Source: a virus
Taxonomy: Duplodnaviria > Caudoviricetes
Length of the DNA: 49,445 nucleotides
Reading direction: 5' to 3' (one strand)
IMG/VR virus record: IMGVR_UViG_3300006872_000009
Coordinates: 1 to 49,445 of that record
The notes below the pieces were generated by a model. It was not told where the DNA came from, made no database searches, and saw only the letters and a list, made by a program, of their open reading frames with translations. The position numbers were made by a program, and so were the translations under genes. Of this stretch, positions 34,437-45,100 are shown piece by piece. Every line of letters begins with the position of its first letter. Position 1 is the stretch's first letter.

Positions 34437-36107
34437 ATGGGGTTGCTCGCCCTCGCTGGTGCCGTCTCGGGAATGGGCCAAGGTCTGCAACAAGGCCTCT
34501 CGCAGGTCAATCAGGGGGTCATTGCCTCCGGATTGGCGCAAGAGGCTGACAAGCGGGCCCGGGAACGAGACGCCGAAGCCTACCAACGGCAGCGGTGGAA
34601 CATCGAGGATGAACGCCGCTACAGCGACCAACTGCGGGCGAAGCTGTTCGAGGAGAAGCGGGAGCAGGAAGGCATCCTCGAAAAGGACCGCCTTGCGCGT
34701 GAAGAGGGCAACGTCGAACAGAAAGCCAGGATCGCGGATAAAACCTACGAGGCGGGCAAGGGCCTTAAGGACAAAGAGGCCCAGGACCTCACCCGGCGCG
34801 AAAAGGACAAGGCTCGCGATCTCGCCGGCGACCCCACCTATACGCAGGACGTCCAGAAACTCGCCGACGCGAAGGAGTCCCGCTCCCAGCGCATCGAGGG
34901 GGACATCAAGGAGCGGGCGCTGGCGGACACGAAGAACCTCGCCGTGCTCCGGGATAAAGTGGTCGCGGCGGCTGAGAGTGGGGACCATGACGCCTTGGTC
35001 AAGGCCAATCGGGCCTACCTCGCCTTCTCCGGGAAACTCATGGAGAGCGAGAAGCTCGATCAAGCTGCGGCCACGGCCCTCATGCGCGACACCCGCGAGC
35101 AGATCCGCTATCTCCAAGTGGCGATGAAGGACTTGGTGCCGGGTTCGCCCGAGTACGAAGCGGCAAAGCTCACCATGGCCGACCTCCAGCAGATGAACCA
35201 AGCCGCGCAAGCCAGGATCGCTGGCACTTCTGGCGTAACACTTCCCAAAACGGCCCAGACTGGCGGTGTGCAGATCAAGGATCCATTCGCCGGGAAAGTC
35301 CCCGGAATGAAGCCGAAGGAGACGCCCGATAGCACGGTCGCCAAAACGAAGCCATCCAACGTCGTGCGAGAGCGGAACGAGCAGATTGCGAGCGTGGAAT
35401 CGGCCCTTGCCGAAGCGAAGCGCTCGAACCCACAGGTCGTGCCGCAGCTCCAGGCCAAGCTGGACAATCTGAAGGGGACGAAAACCCCGACAGCACAGCC
35501 CGACACGATGGTCGCCAGAGAGCAGCCCGCGAAGCCGCCAACGCGAACAGCCGAGGTCGGTTACACGAACGAGGAAGACTTCGGTGGGACTCAGCCGAAG
35601 AGCCTGATCGCCGCCGCGCAAACCGAGAAACCTACACCGCAAGCCGAGACCGCGAAGCCCGCGACGGAGGTCCCCCGCGAATCAACCGACCCGGACGCCA
35701 ACGTCATGCGGTTGCTCCAGGGGCATGAAGGGTTCAAAGGGAAACCGTACAAAGACACGACCGGCAACACGACCTTAGGCTACGGCCACAACCTCGATGC
35801 GAAGCCGCTGACGAAGAAACAGGCTGAAGCCTTGATGAAGGACGACATCGCCGACGCCCGAGCGCAAGCCGCCAAACTGCCGTACTACGAGACGCTCGAT
35901 CCGACCCGGAAAGATGCCGTGACAGCCTTGGCCTACAACCTGGGCCCGAAGGGGCTCGCGGGCTTTAAGAAATTCCACGCGGCCATGGCGTCGGGCGATT
36001 ATCAGACCGCCGCGAACGAACTGCTCAACAGCACTTGGGCCAAGCAGGTCGGCTCGCAACGGGCTGCCGAGATGGCCTACCTGATTCTCCATGGCCGTGC
36101 GAAATAA
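34437..36107 (+). CDS. Ejection protein with C-terminal GH24 (T4-like) lysozyme
   Basis: MGLLALAGAVSGMGQG N-terminus; HEGFKGKPYKDTTGNTTLGYGHNL, LAYNLG, AANELLNSTWAKQVG. Confidence 0.85.
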   Translation: MGLLALAGAVSGMGQGLQQGLSQVNQGVIASGLAQEADKRARERDAEAYQRQRWNIEDERRYSDQLRAKLFEEKREQEGILEKDRLAREEGNVEQKARIADKTYEAGKGLKDKEAQDLTRREKDKARDLAGDPTYTQDVQKLADAKESRSQRIEGDIKERALADTKNLAVLRDKVVAAAESGDHDALVKANRAYLAFSGKLMESEKLDQAAATALMRDTREQIRYLQVAMKDLVPGSPEYEAAKLTMADLQQMNQAAQARIAGTSGVTLPKTAQTGGVQIKDPFAGKVPGMKPKETPDSTVAKTKPSNVVRERNEQIASVESALAEAKRSNPQVVPQLQAKLDNLKGTKTPTAQPDTMVAREQPAKPPTRTAEVGYTNEEDFGGTQPKSLIAAAQTEKPTPQAETAKPATEVPRESTDPDANVMRLLQGHEGFKGKPYKDTTGNTTLGYGHNLDAKPLTKKQAEALMKDDIADARAQAAKLPYYETLDPTRKDAVTALAYNLGPKGLAGFKKFHAAMASGDYQTAANELLNSTWAKQVGSQRAAEMAYLILHGRAK

Positions 36108-36118
36108 GAAGGAGTCCC

Positions 36119-39100
36119 ATGGAGTCTCCCTCGCTCGACGAGTTCTTGGTCGCCGCACGCGAAGACAATCCAGACGTGCCCGAGCGGGCCCTCAAGCAGT
36201 ACTGGAACCAGAAGTACGGCCACATCAACCCTGCTACGCTCCCCTCCTGGGAGACGTTTAAGCCAGCCGCCACCACCGACAACCCTGGCATCCCCGAGAC
36301 GCAGCTTCGCCACTACTGGGAGGAGAACTACGGCGTCTTCGGAGCGCCCGAGAAAGAAGACCGCTCCTCCGATATTGTCCGGGGCGCAAAGCACGCCTTT
36401 CAGCAGATTCCGCAAACCCTCTACGGCGTGGAAGCCGGCCTTGGAGCCGCAGCCGAAAAAGTCGTGGGCGAAGGCGGGATCGCCACCGGGATCAAAGAGC
36501 ACGGCGTTAAAAAGTACGAAGAGCAGAGCGCGAAGATCGCCGCCACGTCGAAGCCGACCGATTCCATCCAAACCGCCTACGAGATGGCCTCCGAGGGCGA
36601 CATCGGAGCTCTAGCCGACTGGCTGCAATATGCCTTGGGATACACCGGCGGACAGGTCCTCCAGATGCTCGGCACGGCGGGCGTCGGGTATGTTGCTGGC
36701 AAGGTTGCGCTGCAACCCGTCGCCAGCACCGTCGCGCAGAAACTCGTCGCCAAAGAAGCGGCTCGCCTCGGCGCTACAGAAGCCGGAGCCAAACTTGCCG
36801 CCTCGGAGCTGACCAAGCAATCCACCAAAAACGTCGCGGCCAAGATCGGTCAGACCGCCGCCTTGGGCGCCACCGCCACCGGGATGGAAGGCGGGGAAAT
36901 CTTCGGCGAGATGGTGAGTCAAGCCGAGCGGGAACAACGCAGTCTCACGGGGGACGAGTTGGCGAAGGCCTTTGGGGCCTCGCTCACCGCCGGGGCGCTG
37001 GAATTTGTCGGCGACAAGATCGGGCTCGACATTATCTTAGGTCGCTCCCCGGTCAGTCGTGCGGGCAGTCGACTGGGCCGCGCCGCTGCCGGCGGACTGG
37101 CGGATCTCGCCACCGAAAGCGCCACCGAATTTGCGCAAACCATCCTTGAAGAGTACGGCAAAGGGAACGACCCGTTCGCCGACCAATCCATCCGCGAAGC
37201 CCTGGATGCGGCTGCCCTCGGTGCCGTGGGGGGAACGGTCGTCGGGGGAGCCGGCGGGGCGCTCACCACACCGCTGCCGCCGGTCACCGGGGTGACGGAG
37301 CCCTTCAAGGAAATCGTCACGAATGAAACCGTCGGGATTGACGAAGCGATCCAACGGGCCTTCGATCTGGCCCAGACCCCGACGCCCGGACAGAAGGCCG
37401 CCACGCAACGACTCCTGGATCGGGTCCGGGCCGAAGACGAAGCCCGTGCGGCCGCGAAACCCTATCACGATCTCGAGGCCGAAGCCGAGGAAGCCCAACG
37501 CCGGGCCGAAGAACAAGCGGCCCTCCAAGCGGCGAAACCAGCCATCCGCGAAGAGCTTTCCCAGATTCCCGATCAAGCCCCCCGCACCGGGGTGCCGACG
37601 CCTGACGTGGCAGGGCCCGACCAGACGCCGACCTATCTGGACTTCACGGTCACGAAGGCGACCAAGAAGAAGCCGAGCCAGATTCTCCCCGAAGGGGCTC
37701 CGGTGCCGACCGCTCGCGGGATGATTGAAGCGGTCCAGCGGACCAAAGGGGCCGCCCCGCAAGAACCTACGATTGTCCCTGGGACAGCCTATACGCCCCG
37801 TCCAGTGGAGCCGCCGCTCCCGACGGCCGCCGAGACCTCCGGAGTCCGCACCCGTCGCAGCGCACCCGCACCCTTGAAACCGGTGGTGCCCTGGGAAGGC
37901 ACACAACCAGCCGGAGTCCCGGTCCCCAGCGAAGCCGCGAAGGCCAGGGCCGAGGAGATGATTCGGGATGTGGTGAAGTCTCAGCGTGCTCTCGAAGAGC
38001 CGCCAGTACGGACTAGGCGACCAGAAGACACGCCGATCATCGGAGCCGAACGCGCCTCACTTGATGCGCTGCGCTATCCCAAGCCGACCACTGCAGCCAC
38101 CGAGGCCACGCAGGCTCGCTTGGCGCAGATCGCCAAAGAGCGGGAATCCCTCTTGACCAGGCAGCCGGCGAAGCGCTCGGATCGCACTGAACCGCCGGAC
38201 GAGGGCCCAGCACCTACCACCCCGAGCGAACCCCCGGATACAGGCCCATCCCTCACCGACTTGGAGCAACTCGCCGACCGGAAGGGCATCAGCCAGCCGG
38301 TCTTCGACGCCTTGGTCAAGATGGCGAGCGGGAAGACGACGGCCGAACTGACGCCGCAGGATCGCCAGAAGGTGGCCGCGGCCCTCGCCAAGGTGGGGGC
38401 GAAAACACCGGAGCCGACGACGCCGAAAAAAGAGACTCCCGTCCAGCCCGTCGGTCCGGCCGCGACCGAGGACTTGCCCCGGTCTGAAGTGATTACCCGA
38501 CCGCGCAGTGAACTCTCCCCCGAGCAGAATCAGGAGATGCTGCTCCGGGCGGAGAAGGCCCAAGCCGATCTGGAGATCGCCGGCACGTCGAAAGCGCCCC
38601 CCAAGGGGAAGATCCTCGACCAAGGCCAGGGCGGCACGCCGACCGAACGATATGTCGGGACAGCGAATGCATCTTGGTACAAAGAGCTCACGAGCGGGAA
38701 GAATCCTCCCATCAAAGGCGACAAGAACAAGTCCGCCCGGCAGAAGATCGAGGAGGCGATTCAGAAGATCATCGCCGATCAAGGCCTCGATCGGGGCACC
38801 GCCGTGGAACGGGTCAAGGCCGCCCTGCTCGACGATCACGAGTTCATGCGGACCGAGTGGGGCCGGGAATATCAGCGCATTCTTGACGAAGGTGCCCCCG
38901 CCACGATCAACGGCTTCACCGAACAGGAAGCCCGCGAGACGATTGACCGTCTGACGACCGCCGCCGAGGCGCGACGGGCCCAGGCGAAAGACGAGTCAAT
39001 CCGAGCGCTCCGCCCCACGGCATCCGACTGGATGATCGAGGACGAACTTGATGAACTGACCAAAGCCCAGGCCGCGATCGGGGCGTTCGAGAAGGCTGGA

Positions 39101-42100
39101 GCCCAGGCCCGTGTCGAGGACAAGCGCCGGCAACGGCTGGCGGAACGGGAGAATCTCGGACTGGTCGATGACAAGGCGCACGAAGCCGCCACCTCGCCGG
39201 AGAACGATCTACCAGAACCGTCACAGGCCGAGAAGGAATCGGGTGTCTATAAGAAGGGACACCTCCGCATCAGCGGCTTGGACATCAGCATTGAAAATCC
39301 CGAAGGCTCTGAGCGGAGCGGCACCGACAAGGGCGGGAAGCCGTGGCGTCAAACCATGACCGCCCACTACGGCTACATCCGCTCTATTGACAAGGATGGG
39401 AGGTATTTTGCCCCCAAGGACCGCACGAAGGAACACATCGACATTTTCGTCAAGCCAGGGACACCGGACGACTATAGCGGGCCCGTGTTTGTGGTGGATC
39501 AGAATGACCCCTCAACTGGCCGCTTCGATGAATTCAAGGTGATGCTCGGCTTTGCAACGGAGGCAGAGGCCAAGGCCGCCTATCTCGCGAACTATGCCTC
39601 CGACTGGCAAGGCTTTCGCTCGATCAAGCAGTTCACGCTGCCGGAATTCAAAGTCTGGCTGAAGGCTGGCAATAAGCAAAAGCCGGTGGGGGTGAAGAAG
39701 CCGGAGAAGAAATCTGCTACGATGCCCCCCATGGCACCCGACCGGGGGCCAGGCTCGTCCGAGAACGCGCAATCCCCCCCTGAGCCTGGGCGCAAGAAAA
39801 AATATGAGCCGCTCACTTATCGCTCTGTCAATTCTAAGCAGAGTGATCGTGGCAAGACCTTTTATCGAGGTGCAACTGATCCAACAGCTACGAAGTGGGT
39901 AACTGATAATCGCGATGCTGCGCAAGAGTATGCCGATGAAGTTGATGGACAGGTCTATAGCATTCGTCTCATCGGGCCCATCGCATCTCCTAAACAGTAC
40001 CCAGTACTTGAAGGATACGATCCCAAGAGCGATTTACCAGAACTCAATTTTGACGCCATTGCGGACGCGTATGACGACGGGTATGTCGCTATCGGTCCTA
40101 TTGAGGATATGTCTGGTTCTGACAGGCCGCACAGGTCATGGGTAGTTGTCGGCGACCTGGTGCCTCAAGATCAAAAGACTGGTGACATCTCCCCTAACCC
40201 CTCCAGCCCGCAAGCGGGCGGGCCGACAGTTTCTTCTCCCGTCAAAGAAGGCCAACAGGAAATCTCCGTTCCCCCGCCAACCATTGGGGAGCGCCCCATC
40301 ATCGGGCGGGAAGCCCAGCCGGAGGAAGCGCCGCTCTTTTCCAAGTTGGCGCAGGAAACCGACGCGGAACAGACGGAGATCCCGACGGAGGAGACGCCCG
40401 CCTCGCCCACCGAAATCCTCGCGAAAGCCCTTCGCACGGCGGCCGATCAGATCGAAGGGAAGCCCGCAAAGCCCAAAGAGACGAAACCCCGCGAGAGTTC
40501 ACTGACCGACGTGGGCGAAGAGCTCTGGTACAACAAGCGCAACCGGCTCAGTGCGCTCAAGTGGGATGACGTCAAGGATCTGAACCCCACCCTTAAGGTC
40601 AAAGAGGTCACGAAGGCGAAGGTTTGGCCGCGGCCGGACTACGAGCAACTCATCACAGACGGGCTCCATCCGCTCGTCGCGCACTTGGTCAAGCAGATGT
40701 ACGACGGGATCGCCGCCGCGCCCCCGCGGACGGCGGACGAGGATCTCCGGCAGTACATCGAGACCATCAACAAGGCCCGCGAGGTGATCTTCGACTGGGC
40801 CAAATCTCTCAACGCCAACACGGCGATGATCGAGACCCTGATGGGCGACGACCGTGGGGACCGGTTCAAAGCCACCACGGCACTCACGCGGGACGCGCAG
40901 GTCGGAGTCCTCGACAAGCTCATCAAGCGCGAGGGCGGCACATGGACCGACCATGAGGGGCGCCCGTACCGCAGCATTCTCGGGGACCGCTTCGCGAACG
41001 CCATCCAGCCGGGCTTTAACGAGGTGATCCGAGCGAAGGACGCTATCAAGGAAGGGTGGCCGGCCCCCCAAGAGTCCTGGCAAAAACAATTCGAGATCAA
41101 ACTCTCCCCGGCTGGCGAGACGGTCTACACTAAGAACGGCAAGAAGACGCTGGAGCGGGACGAGTATTACATCGTCAAGCGGAAAAAAAGCGGCTGGGGG
41201 CGACAGATCGTCGCCTCGGGCTTTGCGACCCGTGAGGACGCGATCGCGAAAGCACGGGAGCTGGCCGAGCGCAAGGGCACGGGCCCCGACGAAGAGGATC
41301 TCCCGCTCAACCTTCAGGGCCTCCAGCGCACCGGACGCGCCTACCGACAGAAGGGCGAGAACATCACCCCGCAACAACTCAAGGACACCTTCGGGTTCCG
41401 CGGCGTGAACTTCGGAAACTGGACGAACCAGAGCGAGCGGCAGGCGCACGTCAACCTTGCCTACGATGCCTTCATGGACTTGGCCGAGCTGCTCAACGTG
41501 CCGCCGAAAGCCCTTTCGCTCAACGGATTGCTGGGTGTCGCATTCGGGGCGCAAGGATCAGGCAAGTATGCCGCGCATTTTGTCCCCGGTGTCAACGAGA
41601 TCAACCTGACCAAGACCAAAGGGGCCGGATCCCTCGCGCATGAATGGGCACACGCCCTTGATCACTACTTTGCAATACAGGCTGGTGAACCCTTTGCGCG
41701 TGGCACCGATCCGTTCATGACCAGCCAGTACCGTCGTGTGCGCACGGAGCAGATGAAGGCTAAGACTCAGGCGGTCCGCGAAGAAGTCCAGCGTGCCTTT
41801 CAAGGCATTGTCGAGGCGATGACTATGCGGCCGGAGACGGAGGCGGAAGTTGCCGCACGGATCGAGGCGAACCAAGCCAATGCCCGCACGATGATTGGGC
41901 GGTGGATTGCGTCGATCACTCAGAAAGTGCCAGAAGCCAAACGCGGCGAGATCGAGCGGATTGGCGAGAAGCTGAAGTTGGGGGATGTGGGTGAGGGGTA
42001 TGTGGTGCTGGGAAAGTCCAGCGCCGTGCGTCCCCGTGTGCAGGAATTACGGGAAGCCTACAAAGCGGCGACGGGCCATTTGCTCGGGAAAGAGGACACC

Positions 42101-45100
42101 GAAGGAGTGAGCGCCTGGGTGGATACACTCATGTTTACGAAGTCGGCCAAGGCGGCCGAGCAGACCCATGCAGCACAAACGCCAACGGCCTATGCCAAGG
42201 CGGCGCGTAGCCTGGATAAAGAGAAGAGCGGAAAGGCGTACTGGACGCAGCCGACCGAACTCTTTGCGCGAGCGTTTCAATCGTACGTCATTGATACATT
42301 AGCCAGTAAGGCGGCGAGGAATGATTATCTCTCGCGCCCGCAACAAAAGGATTCGACACGCTATCCGCAGGGCGAGGAGCGTACGCGCATCAATGCCGCC
42401 TTTGACACGCTCGTCGCCGAACTGAAGACCCGGGAGACCGACCAGGGAATGGCGTTGTATCAGCTCGACTCCACCATGGACCCTCCCTCCCATGAAGCCC
42501 TCTCCGTGCAAGCCGAGATCGAAGGGCGGACCGCCGTGGAGGCCGCCCGGTTTTTGGCGACCGCAGCCCCATCCGAAGCCCATCGGCTGATTGCCGGAAA
42601 GGTCGCCGAGCAGTTGGCGAACCTCGAAGCCGCTGGAATGGCGTTCGACCTGAAGATCGCGCACCTGAACGACCGGGTGCCCGCGATGTTGATCGGCACC
42701 CGAGGCCTCACGTGGCTCCCGGAAGGATCGAGTACGACTCAGATCTGGCTTCAAGGGGCCGATGTGGAGGGCTATGTCGGGACCTCTTACGAAACCGTCC
42801 TCCATGAATTGATTCACGGGGCCACGCAAGCCGCCCTCCATATCGGGAACCTGCCGTCCCAGAAAGGGACGCCCCTCTGGCACGCCACCCAGGATCTCTA
42901 TGCCGTGGGCAACGCCATCATGGATCACGTCAATCGCGAGATCGCGGCAGCCAGGAAGGAAGGCCGGCCGCTCACCCCCTTACAAGCACGCTTGACCCAG
43001 CGCACCAACGCCTTTCATCACGTGGGGGAAATCGTCGCCTGGGCCTTGAGCAGCCGAGACATGCAAGAGTATTTAGAATCCATTCCCTATCAGCACAAGT
43101 CTCTCTGGACCCGCTTTGTCGAAGCCATCCGGACATTCTTAGGCTTGGCCCCCGCTAGCCACACGGCCCTGTCGGAAGTCCTCCGGATCAGCGAGGAACT
43201 GTTGCAGGCCGATACCAGCCGGTTGATGAGCACCTTCCGCGATGTGTGGATGCCGACCCAGATCAATCAGTATGACGGGCTGCTGAATGAGCAGAATCAG
43301 CCGGGTCTTCTCAATGAACAAGTGGCTCTGCCACGACAGACCGCCGTCGCCCTCCGTGGCGTCACCGATCTCACGCCGGCCCAAACCACGGCCTTGGAAC
43401 GAGTCCATGGCAAGCCGCTCACCTGGCACGAGAAGCTCAACAGTTTTAAGACCGACTGGAAAACCAGACTCACCCAAGGCCTCTTCGATCAATACGCTCC
43501 CATTTTCAATTACGACAAGAAAGCCTACATGCTGGCGCGACTCTCAAAAGGCGGAGATGGCACGCTGGAAGCGCTGCTCCTCTACGGGAAGCCCTATGTG
43601 GATCAAGACGGCGCCTATCAGGTGGACACCAACGGGGGCTTTGCGAAGGTCCTCGCCGGTCTCAAGGGCGAACACGATCGGTTTTTGGAATGGGTCGCCG
43701 CGCTCCGGGCGGACCGATTGAAGAAAGTCGGATTAGAGAATCTCTACAGCGATCACGACATCCAGACCTTGAAGACCTTGAACCAAGGCACGATGAAGGA
43801 CGGCAGTTCCCGCCCTATCACCTACGAGAAGGCGCTCCTCCAACTGAACGAGTGGAACGCCGCCATGACGAAGCTCGCGGTGGACTCCGGCTTGATCGAC
43901 AAGGAAACCGCCGACACCTTCAAGGATGTGCCCTATGTCCCGTTCTATCGGCTGCAAGAGGAAGGCATCGTGACGGGGTTTGCGGCGAAGCCGGGGTTAG
44001 TCAATCAATACGCCTGGAAACGATTAAAGGGCGGCACCCAGCACTTGAACGATGATCTTCTCGCGAATGTCCTCCAGAACTGGAGCCACCTGATTACGGC
44101 GGCAGCGAGAAACCGGGCCGCGAAGGAAACCCTCACGGCCGCCGAGAAGGCGGGAGTCGCGTCACCAGTGCCTTCCGGGGCTCCTGGGAAGGGCCTGGTG
44201 CAGTATATGGACGGCGGGAAGGCCAAGACCTTCGCGGTCTCTGATCCGGCCCTCCTGGACGCGATTACGGCGCTGCACTATGCCGGGATGGGGACGCTGG
44301 GGAAACCCTTCGCCGCGATGAAGCGAGCCCTGACCTTTGGCGTCACGGTTTCGCCCTCCTTCAAAATCCGCAACCTCATTCGGGACACCATCCAGGCGAT
44401 CGGCACGGCCGACTTGTCCTATAACCCCTTCGAGAATCTCAAGACGGGATTCAAGGCTCTCGAGGATCCGAAGACCAGGGGCTCGCTCATGGCCGGCGGC
44501 GGGATGATCCGCTTCGGGACGATGCTGGACGGGAATAACGCGGATCGGGCGCGGATTCTGATCGAGCGGGGCGTGCATCCGCAACATATTCTGGACAGTC
44601 CCAACAAGATCGAACGCTTCTGGAAGCAATGGATGCTGCCGGTCTTCGAGGCCTATCAGGAGCTTGGCGATAAGGGTGAACAAGTCAACCGCGCCGCGCT
44701 CTATCAGCAGATGCGAGCAAAAGGGCTCTCCCACCTCGAAGCCTCCTACATGGCCCGTGACCTCATGGACTTCTCGCTCATGGGGAAATGGGAGGCGGTC
44801 AGAATCCTCGCTCAGGTGGTGCCTTTCGCGAATGCGCGGTTGCAAGGCCTCTATAAATTAGGCCGGGCGCGGATCGAGGATTATCGTCGCTTGGGGACGG
44901 TCTTGGGCGCAGTTTCCCTCGCCTCGCTCGCCCTCCTGTTGGCCTATCAGGACGATCCCGACTGGGAGCGGCGGGAAGAGTGGGACAGGAATAATTTCTG
45001 GTGGTTCAAAATCGGCGACGTGGCGTTTCGTATCCCGAAGCCATTCGAGATCGGGGCCATCGGAACCTTGGCGGAACGGGGTGCGGAACTGATCATCTCC

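Noticed and set aside
36035-36118. Upstream starts given by the ORF track (36035, 32387, 19189, 14316, 5727, 28894)
   Set aside because: They overlap upstream genes and lack RBSs; downstream starts with SD or stop-start coupling are preferred
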